A stretch of 64,000 nucleotides of DNA from Macrostomum lignano (lineage: Eukaryota). Under the pieces are notes generated by a model that had not been told where the DNA came from, did no database searches, and saw only the letters and a program-made list of their open reading frames with translations. The stretch is from assembly GCA_002269645.1 (NCBI GenBank), contig NIVC01000169.1, positions 711,308-775,307 on the forward strand. Reading direction: 5' to 3'. The position numbers and the translations under genes were made by a program. Each line of letters begins with the position of its first letter. Position 1 is the first letter of the stretch. This document shows, piece after piece, positions 23,658 to 37,600 of the stretch.

Positions 23658-26600
23658 GCTGATTGTCTGGCATTGACAACAACTTGATAGGAGTTGGAGA
23701 CTTCTATTGCAATGCTGATTAGCAGCATCAGTTAATGGAATAGAAAATTGAAAGAAATGGCAAATTAGAATTTTATAACATTTAAAAAAAACATAATTGA
23801 AAAAGCAACTTGACTATAAATTTGGTATAGCTGATTGACTTTTAGCATAACACTTTTAAATGGCAAAAAAATATTACACAACAAATTATATTATTAGCCT
23901 TGGTTATATACTTAACAAATACTTACAAATGATTGGTAAGATTTCACATTTGATTGGTTTCTTTCATAGGTAAATCAATTTTGGTCAAAAATTAAGTTGC
24001 ACGGCCAGTGTAAATCAGGGGGGGGGGGTTGCACATATTTGTTTCAACCTATAAAATAGCCTATAAACCAATAAACTCATCAACAATAAATGATAAGCTC
24101 AAGTCTATTGTGATACAATAATAATGTATTATTACAATCAGAATTTAGTCACTTAGTTTTTTCTTCAAAATTCTTATAAAAATACATTTTAAGTGGAAAA
24201 GTTAGTTTGACCTTTGCAAAAAAAGCATTTTTTTCAAATTTAAAATATCTTTTTATGTGTAGCATTTTTTAGCCATTATACATGCACAATTGTAGTAAAA
24301 TTTCTAATTGAATTGACAATAATATACAGTTTATAGAAATTGATTAAGCTATTTTTTCTGAAATTAGCCATAGATAAGTCCCCATTTGCAAATCCTACAT
24401 GTATGCTAGAAAATTCTAAGATACAGTGGACCTGAAAATATGCTTGGCATATATATCTATTATCTAGTATAGCATAATAGCTATACTATGGTAAATTTGC
24501 ATGCCACTGTGCCAATATATGGCATAGCCATAATGGCATGTTAAAAATAACTTTTTAAAGTATTTCTGGTAAAAAATATTAAAACAAAATAAAAAACAAG
24601 AAATGATATACAACAATTAATATTTATTCACTTAAAGATTTAAGAATGTGGAAATTAGTCCATAGAGAACATCAAACCATTGGCAAAATAGACTAATGGA
24701 CTACTTTGAATAGACCTATGTTTTTGCCTATTTTTAAGCCTTCAAAGGCTAGAAAAATAGGCAACCCTTGATTCTATATTGTCTATGGACTATCCCATAG
24801 CTAAGTCAAATAAGTCAAGAGAAAAGTCATGATTTTATTATTGAAGTTAATTAGTTAAAAATACCAAAAAATTAAGAAAGTTTGGCCTAATAAGATTTAC
24901 TATCTAAACATTATCTCTAAATTTATAATCAAAGAAATCATCTTATTTAGATATAAAACAATGTCAATAATAGAATTACTTAATAAATAGAATATCACTT
25001 AAGAGTAAACTATAAATAAGCCTTTACCCTTTTGATTGCAGTAATGCCTAGATTAAAAGAAATCCTTAAGGCCTAATATGTGCAAATCAGTAGTAGATCT
25101 AGGATTTTTAAATGAAAGGATAGATTGGTCTAAAAAAGCCTTATGCTTAAATTTAAATTGCAATATTCCCCCATTTATCATATGTAAGTTCAACTATGGC
25201 ATGGCAAAAAAGAGGGCAGCTGCCCTCCTAGACCTAGGCCTACTTCTCCCCCTCTGGATCTGCAACTAGAGTAAATAAAGAGATTAGAAAATAGTAGATA
25301 TACCTAAATATATCCTGGAATAATGTTATAACATAGGAATAAGACTTGCTTAGACCAATAATATATTTTTATCTATAATATAACTATAGCTTATAGTCTA
25401 TTACTAGTATTACTATTAGGCCTAAAATGGGAAGGCCAATAATGGTATCCTGGCCCTCCATATTTTAAATGTAAAATGTAAACTTTTTGCTTATTCTTGA
25501 CTTTTGCTACTTTGCATAAATGCATTTTGCTATAGGGTGACAAAACATAATGCCTCGCCTGCAATGCCAAAATGAATACATATACATGCAACACTAAAAT
25601 GCGTGCCTGCAATGCTAAAATGAGTGTCTATGGCACTACAATAAGTGCCTGTAATGTTAAAATGAAATGAATACCTACAACACTAAAATGAGTATCTTTG
25701 GTGCCAAAATGAATGCCTGTAGCACTTAATAAAATGAATGCTAATATGATGGATTCTGAAAATAATTGGCCATGTGTATTTTCCATATAAAAAATCTAAC
25801 TTGACGAGGGCATGCATCCTGTGTACCTTTCCCCCCCCCTAAATTTGCCATTGAACTTGGCCCCCCACTTTTTGAAACATTCCTACACCTATGCAAGCAT
25901 TACTAAGTTACATAATATAAAATAATAATTGCAATGCAAACAAATAAAGTGTTGACAGTCTTAAATCTGCTTTGTACTTTGTTACTGAAGTGGCTGTTCC
26001 CAAAATGGCTGTTGCCTGTAACCAAAGTGGATTGTATTCTTGTTTACTACATAATTGGTAGAATAGAAAGTTAGAAAAAATAATATCCCTACAAAAAAGC
26101 CCATGGTATTAGTAACAAATGCCAAATAGAAACAATAGGCCTAAGATTAAAAAAAGATTTCAGGGAGCCAAGAACAAAAACCCCTATATAATATAATCGG
26201 TTTTTTGTGCAATAAAGATGCTATAGCATCCTGACTCTCCTGAAATTTTTAGTAGGCCTTGGCCTAGCGCCTAGTCTGTCCATGGTCATGCCGCCATGGA
26301 CATGTCACATGGACAGGTCGTTTCATCTTTCTGATGAATAGGCCTATCCATCAAAGATCACATCCATGACTTTTGACATAAATTCATCTACCTTCTACCT
26401 ACTGTTTACAATGAAAATGTTTTTAAAGAACGGCCAGCAAACTAGAGCTGCTGATATTGGCAGATACTTTGCCTGATCTACTCTGTGCTGTGTTGCGAAT
26501 CGGCGTTATAGCAGCGTCAGTAATTTTTAATGTCGGTACCGTACCTACCGGTAGATCGGCATACTCGTGTATTTCAATTTAAATAGCCACGAACTTTCTA

Positions 26601-28620
26601 GAAACTTCTTTTCTTTCCGGGTTTTAGACGTAAACTGTTTTAAATATTTACAAATCTAAATTAAATCTATATATTAGGTTTTGATTTATCGACAATATCT
26701 CATTCTCAGATTTTACATGAACATGACCAATTATTATTCGGTTAAATTATTTTTAATCACCTTGCAGTCTGCAGTAATAGGCCCAGTTTAACTCCACGCC
26801 ATGGTGTTCGCATGTATTCTGATTCACAATCATTGATTAAGTATTTGATAAATTTATACAGTTGCTGATTTAGGCCGTGGACTAGGTCTGATTCATGACA
26901 GTTTTTATAAGTTTATTTTAGTTTTTTTCTATGGGTTATATACATTGTCATGTGCTACATACATGTACCTACATGTAGAAATCCTGTGCCCCCGTTTGAA
27001 ATTTTCTGGATCCGCGGCTGATTTTGTATAATAAAGAAATTTCATTTTGGGATGTTAAACTGATTCACTACTGACTGACGAAAGTGACGGTTCCAGGGGT
27101 GGGGCCTGCGGGGTGGCCACACGCCTCTCTCTCTGCCCCTCTGCATGGCTGGACTCTGGACTTGCAAAGGGCGAAATTTTGGGCCAACCAAAAAAGTTGG
27201 ACCAATTTGCCCCACCCTACTTTAAAAGCATCCTGGATCCGCCACTGTTCGCTTAATGGGAGTATATAATTTAATTTATGCTCAATACAAGTATTTTCGT
27301 CTTTTTTATAATCTGTTATATGTACATGTATTAATGTACTACGTACGTCGATCATGACGTACTTCGCTAAACGGTAAAGTGCTCTTGGGAAATAATTGCT
27401 TCAGATGTACGAGTATTTTAATGCCGTTTATTCAGTGCCGTACCCAAAGGGATACGGTGTCGGAACCTGGGAAGGGGGCCTGGGGGAGCCCCCACCTTTT
27501 AGCATAATCCTACATGTGTCATTTTTTAATTTAAAGTTAGTGTTAGGGTTTGTTGGGCCTTGGCTTTTCTGAGTCTTGGGCGCAGACCAATAGGTATAAC
27601 TTATTGGTTATACTTAAGTTATACTTATTGCATGGTCTGTGGTCTTGGGAGATAAGGGTAGAGCGAGAGGGCCGCACCGTTGCTATCCACACCTTAGAGA
27701 TCAATGCACATGTAAGAACTGCAAAGAATGTACAGTACGTGTCGCCTCTTGTACTTTGTCGTCTCTTTTGGCCACTTTCAAAACAGAATTGAATATAATT
27801 AGCCTGGTTGTAACAATGTCACAAACTGACATAACAGCGAGAGTAGGCCAGGGTGCCCTTAGATCGCAGCAATGTGGCCTCCCACCAATATATAGCCCCC
27901 CCCCACTTTGAAATATGTTCCGACACCGCTGCTAGCAACTATAAGCGCTTTATATTGGCGGCAAAATGCTGCCAAAATCTTGCCTGCCACCCTTACAGGA
28001 ATCCGACGTCGGTGAGACGTCCGCCGCCGTTTTAAACGTCTATCAACGTAGCTGGTAAATGTGTATACTTTCCCATTGTTTAGCAATTTGATGATCATTA
28101 TTCACATTTTTAATGCAGAACAATCCACTACTACAAACAATGCATTGTCTGTAGGATCGTCAAACAGAAAAACAATGCAAAGAATCAGCGGTCGCAGCAC
28201 GTGACAACGATTTGTCTATGGCTCGCGCCTACCGGCGCTCGCCAGACAATCGTTATCACGCACTGGGACCGCTGATTATTTATCCATTATACCGAGATGT
28301 TTGGTCAACGTTCCGCAGACAAAGCGCCCGAGAGAGATTGCCACCGCCTCAGCAGTCGCGGAAGAAATCGAAGCGAGATAAAAAAGATCAGAAAGCTAAG
28401 AAACGCCCCATAGATCTATGGTCTAACCACCACCCGATAGTTAAATTTTGTGTCAAAAAACCAGGCATGGCCATAGACTATCCTCCCTCCGACCCTCCCC
28501 CAATATCACCCCCTGCCCTGCGCACAATATCAAGCAAGCAAAGCTATCGAAATCTTCACTTAGTTAAGCTGCCCGTCAACAAGAGGTTTTGTTTTACACA
28601 GCGATTCTTCACTTTAGAAA

Positions 28621-31600
28621 ATGTCCTCTGTAAAACAGCAGACAGGAGCAACGGAGAACCTCGTTAGAGTTAGCGCTGAAATGCTAAGCACCGTTGCACC
28701 CTCCAGTCGAGAGCAGATGATAGAACACGGCACCCGATTTGTGCAGTTTGTTCACAGTAAAAATACCAAAGTTGATCTGCGTACAATCGACGAGAGAGCC
28801 GTCAACGAGTACCTGCGCTTCTTCTATTTCACGTTGCGAACGAAGCAAGATAAATTGTATTCCCCGTCGTCGCTAATCTGCATCCGGGCTGGGATTCAGC
28901 GCTATTTCGATGTGGTGCTGGGTCGACCGCTAATCCTGCCCGGAAATCCGGTGTTCATGACCTCCAACCGGATGTTGGGCCAGCGAGCTCGGGAATATGC
29001 TAGCTCCAGTGGCAGCTCCGTGCGACACTATGCGCCAATGCTGCACGCTGACCGTCAACTGCTTGAAGACTATTTCAATGGCAGCAGTGCCGGAGGTTAC
29101 TCGATGGAGGAGCGTCTACAAGATGGAGCGCTATTCGCGTTGTTCTACCATTTTGGCTGCACCCCATCGCAGCACCAGCAGAGGCATAACCAACAGGCCC
29201 AGCAAAAGCTAATAAGACGCGACCACCTAGTGTTCTCTATCGACGAAGAGGGTCGTGAATTCGCAACTCTGGAGCAGGATGAAGGCTTCTACACAGATTT
29301 AACACCTGGCGGAACCAGCAGGAATGCCTGTGGGTCGGTGCGAATGTACACGGGCTTAGAGCAGCTGAAGTCATACATCAACCTATTGCCGGAATTTACT
29401 AATGACAACTCGCTATTCCCTAAACCGGCGCGCAACGGTAGAGGCTATTCTACCAGTATTAATCGGGGTATTAATTATATGCAGAATTTTATGCGATACG
29501 TCAGCAAGAAAGCACGGCTTAGCAAGCTGTACTCGAACCACTGCATTCGGTGAGACTATATCCCTTGGCTTTGTCATTTCACATTACACACAGAAAATCG
29601 CATCGTAAAATCTTACATGTACTTTATTACTTTTAGAAGTAAGATACGTCTGTTTACTTTAAGAATTACATAGATGACAGATAAGTACATACAAGTAGTG
29701 CTTGTTCGAAAAACATCTTCTGCTCAAGCATGGTGGTACTGGGCTTCATTTCATAAAATCGCGACAAGTTATAAAAAATCTTTGGGATCAATTTCGTTCC
29801 AACAGGACTTAAGAGAGCCTTCGGGAGGTTGTAAAAGAGGGAGGAGGGGTTATCGATGTACAGGCTAGCTTGTCTCCGGAGGAGGTTGGCGCCTTGGCAG
29901 GGTGTGATACTAAAATTGAAGAAAGGAAAGGCCCAACCAACCCTTAAACTGCGATAGGGTCTGCAATGTACATTATCCTGTCCCTAGAAGGGGTTATAGC
30001 TAGGGCTCGGATGGCGAGGCAATAAAATCGATAATAAAGGCGGCTAGAGAGAGGGTTTTATTTTACTGTTATTTTTAATCAGACTAAGACACTTAAAGTA
30101 TACTAAACCAAAGCATTTAACCAGTCCTGGCTCCACAAGTGATAATTTAACTAATTTAAGGCCATAGACATTTTATTATTATTTTCCTATATACTAAAAA
30201 TGAGTTGTCTGTATGTATGTATGTATGTATGTATATGGGTATGCGATAGATTTCAGAAAAAACGGCTCAACCGATTTTCTTCAAACTTGCACCATTCGAT
30301 CAGAAATTTTTCTGGGACGGTACATGCATCTTAGCTAAGAAATTGCTAAATGTGAAAGGGATTAAATATTCATTATACCATGTGAATTTCAATTCTGATA
30401 AAGATTGCATCGCAACAAATTGAAAACAGTGTCGAAGAAATGCACACACGACTTGATTTAAATTGCGTAACCATATTGCTAACTTAAATTGAGACTGATA
30501 CTGGCTGACTGAGAAATTGATTATGTCATAACTTTTTACTCCAATTGACTTGCTGTAAGAATTGAATTATAAGGGCCACAATTCATGTGCTCCAATTGAA
30601 AAAAGATAGCCTAGATGCGAACAGACTGGACTGCTAATGTAGCGATCTGGGTTCGAATCTTAGTAGCGCAAATAGATTTTTTTATTAAAACAACTTAAAA
30701 ACAAAAAACTGCTAAACATAAAAGAAGCGCAATGTCAAACATAGAAGAGCCACCATGTCAAAAATAAAAGAGCCACCATATCGAACATAAAAGAGTTACC
30801 ATGTAAAACATTAAAGAGCCACCATGTAGAATATTAAAGAGCCACCATGTCAAACATAAAACAGCCACCATTTCGAAAATTAAAAAGCCATTATGTCAAA
30901 CATAAAAAAGCCACCATGTCAAACATAAAAGAGCCATCATGAAGAACATTAAAGAGCCACCATGTCGACCATTAAAAGAGCCACCATGTCGAACATTAAA
31001 AGAGCCACCATGTCGAACATACAAGAGCCACCATGTCAAACATAGAAGAGCCACCATGTCGACCATTAAAAGAGCCACCATGTCGAACATTAAAAGAGCC
31101 ACCATGTCAAACATAGAAGAGCCACCATGTCAAACATAGAAGAGCCACCATGTCAAACATAGAAGAGCCACCATGTCAAACATAGAAGAGCCACCATGTC
31201 AAACATAGAAGAGCCACCATGTCAAACATAGAAGAGCCACCATGTCAAACATTAAAGATATACAATTTCAAATGAAAAGGTATAAAGCGCCATGCCAATT
31301 TAAAGGAGCCACTATAAAGCTAAGGAAATTGTTGCACTTAGCTACTGGTACTTATTGTCTGGTGGATGCTTGCTATTTGGGGATGCTTGCTATCTGGGGG
31401 ATGCTTGCTATCTGGGGGATGCTTGCTATCTGGGGAATGAATGGGAATGCGCCCAGTAAAGTAGTATTTTTGTCGCCAGGCTAGAGAACTATAAATGTAG
31501 ACTGCGAGAAAAGATCGTACATTATAAAATCTCCCCGTGCACAATCATATATACTAAAAATGAGTTGTCTGTGCGTATGCGATAGATTTCAGAAAAATTG

Positions 31601-34600
31601 GCTCAACCGATTTTCTTCAAACTTGCACCATCTAAATATACTAAATCTCTAAGGTTTGTATGCTTGAATCCCATATACTAAAAATGAGTTGTCTGTATGT
31701 GGGTAGGTATGCGATAGATTTTAGAAAAAACGGCTCAACCGATTTTCTTCAAACTTGCACCATTCTCATGCACCATATCTGAGCTCATGTAGTTCAGATA
31801 TTGAAATAGTACACACAAGTGATGCTGATTTCTGCTAATAGGAAATACCAGCGCATTTATTAAAGGTTTCATTCTTTGATCTAGGCTAATTAAAAGAGAG
31901 GGTCTAAGGCCGTCAATGATTTGCATATTTGCTGCGGATAAGAATATGCCCCGGCCAGCGACGATATGCACTAAGAGTTTGTGCTTGAAAGGATCAGCAC
32001 TATTTGCTGATTGAGAAAGGGTTTTGGGCTGATGAAGGAAACTTTTTTGGCTGATGAAAGTTCTGATTCATGGCAATTTATTTTTGCCAAAATGAGAAAA
32101 AATAATTTTTGAATAATGGAAATCAACATTTTGGATAATTATAGTAAGGTTACTCTTGTGTCAAAATAAAAACCAACTGGTGTCATTTTCAAGGCTCCCC
32201 AGAGGGGGGCTAAATGGCTAGTCTAAATATACTAAATCTCTAAGGTTTGTATGCTTGAATCCTATATACTAAAAATGTGATGTCTATATATATGTTCGAT
32301 CAGAAAATTTCCCGTGACTGTACATGCGTCGTGGCTAAGAAATTGTTCCATGCTAAAGGCATTAAATATTCGAAAAACATGCTTTTTTGCAAAGGTCAAG
32401 CAGCTCTTTCGACTTGAAATGCATTGTAAGAATGCTAGAGAAAAAACTGACTGGTTGAATTCTGATTCTGAAATAGATTGCATCATAACTGAATTGTAAC
32501 TCCGACTTGAATTGAAAATGCAGTGTGGAAGCGTAGCACCAGACTTGATTTAAATTGCGTAACCATATTGTTAACTGATACTGACTGACTGAGAAACTGA
32601 TTATGTCATAACTGCTTCGTGTGATTTACTCTATGCTTGGATTTTAAAGTGTTGAATTATATAAGTGCAAAATTTGATGTTATCAAAACGATGAGAGCTA
32701 GCCTAGAGGTGAACAAACTGAACTGCTAAATGCAGCGACGATGGTTCGAATTTTCATAGAGTATAATTTTTTTAATTTAAGCTTTTCAACGTCAGGAAAA
32801 CTAAAAGACTTTTTAAAAAGAATCGTCATGTAAAAATCGTAGAAGCGTCGTGTAAACAATCAGAGAAGCGTCATGTAAAAATCGTAGAAGCGTCATGTAA
32901 ACAATCATAGAAGCGTCATGTAAAGAATCGTAGAAGCGTCATGTAAACAATCATAGAAGCGTCATGTAAAAAATCATAGAAGCGTCATGTAAAGAATCGT
33001 AGAAGCGTCATGTAAACAATCATAGAAGCGTCATTTAAAAAATCATAGAAGCGTCATTTAAAAAATCATAGAAGCGTCACGTAAACAATCATAGAAGCGA
33101 CATGTAAAAAATCGTAGAAGCGTCATGTAAAAAATCATAGAAGCGTCATGTAAAAAATCATAGAAGCGTCATGTAAACAATCATAGAAGCGTCATGTAAA
33201 AATCATAGAAGCGCCATGTAAAAAATCATAGAAGCGTCATGTAAAAAATCATAGAAGCGTCATGTAAACAATCATAGAAGCGTCATGTAAAAAATCATAG
33301 AAGCCTCATTTAAAAATCATAGAAGCGTCATGTAAGCAATCATAGAAGCGTCATGTAAAAATCATAAAAGCGTCATGTAAACAATCATAGAAGCGTCATG
33401 TAAAAATCGTAGCAGCGTCATGAAAAAATCATAGAAGCGTCATGTAAGCAATCATAGAAGCGTCATGTAAACAATCATAGAAGCGTCATGTAAACAATCA
33501 AAGAAGCGTCATGTAAAAAATCATAGAAGCGTCATGTAAACAATCATAGAAGCGTCATGTAAACAATCATAGAAGCGCCATGTAAAAAATCATAGAAGCG
33601 TCATTTTTTAAAAAATCATAGAAGCGTCATGTAAACAATCATAGAAGCGTCATGTAAAAAATCATAGAAGCGTCATGTAAAAAATCATAGAAGCGTCATG
33701 TAAAAGTCATAGAAGCGTCATGAAAAAATCATAGAAGCCTCATTTAAAAAGTAATGAAAGTGTCATTTAAAATATTAAGAAGCATCATGGTAGAATAAAA
33801 GAAGCGTCATGTCAGACATGAAGGGTGTGATGTAAAAATTAAATGAAGCTATAATGCTGTGCTGGGGAGAATTACTGAGACGTCAAGGCTCTCAGAGAAT
33901 AACTGAGATTACGGGGGGGGGTTTCTGAGATGTCAAAGCAAAAGTCAGAGGCTACTTCAAAGTTCATGTACTTTACTCAATTTTTTATTGCATTCTTTGT
34001 TGGACTTTGTTGGCTCGCCACGGGGGGGCGCAGGTATAAAAAGCGTAATGTAAAAAATAAAAGAAGCTTCATGTCGAAGTTAAGAGATTCATTTAGGAAT
34101 CCCTACGATGTCGAGGCTTGCAGGGAATCGCTATAATGCTGTAGTAGTGCTATAATGACTCTCAGAGAGAATTACTGAAATTTCAATGCTTTAGGGTTAG
34201 GTTAGGGTTAGGGTTAGGGTAGGGTTAGGGTTAGGCTAGGGTTAGGGTTAGAAGGTTGACAGATATTTTTAGATTTTCAAGGCTTATTGGGGGCATTGCT
34301 GAGATGTCAAGGGGGGAAGTTGATGTGTTAAAGCTTGTGGGGGGAATTATTGACATGTCAAGGCTTACAAGGTTTGACAGGAGATTTTTTAAGATTTCAA
34401 GGATATATGTAGCTTATTAAAAAACGTGTATTGCATTTCTTTGGCTCCCCAACGGGGGGCGTAGATTGCTAGTCCCATATACTAAAAATGAGTTGTCTGT
34501 ATGTGGGTAGGTATGCGATAGATTTTAGAAAAAACGGCTCAACCGATTTTCTTCAAACTTGCACCATTTGATCAGAAATTTTCCTGGGACGGTACATGCA

Positions 34601-37600
34601 TCTTGGCTAAGAAGTTGCTCAATATTAAAGGGATTAAATATTCGAAAAACATGCTTTTTTGCAAAGGTCAAGCAGCTCTTTCGACCTGAAATGCATTGTA
34701 AGAATGCTAGAGAAAAAACTGACTGACTGAATTCCAATTGTGATAAGGATTACATCACAACCAGTGCCGAAGAAATGCACACAAGACTTGATTAAAATTG
34801 CGTAACCATATTGCTAACTTAAATTGAGACTGATACTGGCTGACTGAGAAATTGATTATGTCATAACTTTTTACTCTTACCGATTTGCTATAAGAATTTA
34901 ATTATAAGTGCCACAATTCATGTTCTCCAATTGACAAGAGATAGCATAGATGCGAACAGACTGGACTGCTGATGCAGCGACCTGGGTTCGAATCTTAGTA
35001 GTGCAAAAAGATTTTTTTATTCAAAAACCTTAAAAACACAAAATGCTAAACACAAAAATGCACAATGTCAAACATTAAAGAGCCACCATGTCGAACATTA
35101 AAAGAGCCACCATGTCAAACATAGAAGAGCCACCATGTCAAACATAGAAGAGCCACCATGTCAAACATAGAAGAGCCACCATGTCAAACATAGAAGAGCC
35201 ACCATGTCAAACATAGAAGAGCCACCATGTCAAACATAGAAGAGCCACCATGTCAAACATTAAAGATATACAATTTCAAATGAAAAGGTATAAAGCGCCA
35301 TGCCAATTTAAAGGAGCCACTATAAAGCTAAGGAAATTGTTGCACTTAGCTACTGGTACTTATTGTCTGGTGGATGCTTGCTATTTGGGGATGCTTGCTA
35401 TCTGGGGGATGCTTGCTATCTGGGGGATGCTTGCTATCTGGGGAATGAATGGGAATGCGCCCAGTAAAGTAGTATTTTTGTCGCCAGGCTAGAGAACTAT
35501 AAATGTAGACTGCGAGAAAAGATCGTACATTATAAAATCTCCCCGTGCACAATCATATATACTAAAAATGAGTTGTCTGTGCGTATGCGATAGATTTCAG
35601 AAAAATTGGCTCAACCGATTTTCTTCAAACTTGCACCATCTAAATATACTAAATCTCTAAGGTTTGTATGCTTGAATCCCATATACTAAAAATGAGTTGT
35701 CTGTATGTGGGTAGGTATGCGATAGATTTTAGAAAAAACGGCTCAACCGATTTTCTTCAAACTTGCACCATTCTCATGCACCATATCTGAGCTCATGTAG
35801 TTCAGATATTGAAATAGTACACACAAGTGATGCTGATTTCTGCTAATAGGAAATACCAGCGCATTTATTAAAGGTTTCATTCTTTGATCTAGGCTAATTA
35901 AAAGAGAGGGTCTAAGGCCGTCAATGATTTGCATATTTGCTGCGGATAAGAATATGCCCGGCCAGCGACGATATGCACTAAGAGTTTGTGCTTGAAAGGA
36001 TCAGCACTATTTGCTGATTGAGAAAGGGTTTTGGGCTGATGAAGGAAACTTTTTTGGCTGATGAAAGTTCTGATTCATGGCAATTTATTTTTGCCAAAAT
36101 GAGAAAAAATAATTTTTGAATAATGGAAATCAACATTTTGGATAATTATAGTAAGGTTACTCTTGTGTCAAAATAAAAACCAACTGGTGTCATTTTCAAG
36201 GCTCCCCAGAGGGGGGCTAAATGGCTAGTCTAAATATACTAAATCTCTAAGGTTTGTATGCTTGAATCCTATATACTAAAAATGTGATGTCTATATATAT
36301 GTTCGATCAGAAAATTTCCCGTGACCGTGACTGTACATGCGTCGTGGCTAAGAAATTGTTCCATGCTAAAGGCATTAAATATTCGAAAAACATGCTTTTT
36401 TGCAAAGGTCAAGCAGCTCTTTCGACTTGAAATGCATTGTAAGAATGCTAGAGAAAAAACTGACTGGTTGAATTCTGATTCTGAAATAGATTGCATCATA
36501 ACTGAATTGTAACTCCGACTTGAATTGAAAATGCAGTGTGGAAGCGTAGCACCAGACTTGATTTAAATTGCGTAACCATATTGTTAACTGATACTGACTG
36601 ACTGAGAAACTGATTATGTCATAACTGCTTCGTGTGATTTACTCTATGCTTGGATTTTAAAGTGTTGAATTATATAAGTGCAAAATTTGATGTTATCAAA
36701 ACGATGAGAGCTAGCCTAGAGGTGAACAAACTGAACTGCTAAATGCAGCGACGATGGTTCGAATTTTCATAGAGTATAATTTTTTTAATTTAAGCTTTTC
36801 AACGTCAGGAAAACTAAAAGACTTTTTAAAAAGAATCGTCATGTAAAAATCGTAGAAGCGTCGTGTAAACAATCAGAGAAGCGTCATGTAAAAATCGTAG
36901 AAGCGTCATGTAAACAATCATAGAAGCGTCATGTAAAGAATCGTAGAAGCGTCATGTAAACAATCATAGAAGCGTCATGTAAAAAATCATAGAAGCGTCA
37001 TGTAAAGAATCGTAGAAGCGTCATGTAAACAATCATAGAAGCGTCATTTAAAAAATCATAGAAGCGTCATTTAAAAAATCATAGAAGCGTCACGTAAACA
37101 ATCATAGAAGCGACATGTAAAAAATCGTAGAAGCGTCATGTAAAAAATCATAGAAGCGTCATGTAAAAAATCATAGAAGCGTCATGTAAACAATCATAGA
37201 AGCGTCATGTAAAAATCATAGAAGCGCCATGTAAAAAATCATAGAAGCGTCATGTAAAAAATCATAGAAGCGTCATGTAAACAATCATAGAAGCGTCATG
37301 TAAAAAATCATAGAAGCCTCATTTAAAAATCATAGAAGCGTCATGTAAGCAATCATAGAAGCGTCATGTAAAAATCATAAAAGCGTCATGTAAACAATCA
37401 TAGAAGCGTCATGTAAAAATCGTAGCAGCGTCATGAAAAAATCATAGAAGCGTCATGTAAGCAATCATAGAAGCGTCATGTAAACAATCATAGAAGCGTC
37501 ATGTAAACAATCAAAGAAGCGTCATGTAAAAAATCATAGAAGCGTCATGTAAACAATCATAGAAGCGTCATGTAAACAATCATAGAAGCGCCATGTAAAA

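Noticed and set aside
23700-28200. Genes or intact elements in the AT-rich divergent intergenic region
   Set aside because: Only short ORFs and isolated MITE-like ends without pairable termini.
28212-28667. 151-aa Lys/Arg/Pro-rich ORF upstream of the DUF3504 exon
   Set aside because: No recognisable domain and no convincing splice link. It could include an upstream exon, but the sequence alone does not support that.
28621-29553. Active Crypton transposon, or a truncated pseudogene ending at NHCIR
   Set aside because: The catalytic Arg, His and Tyr positions are substituted, no element ends were seen, and the apparent stop lies within a splice donor with an in-frame downstream exon.
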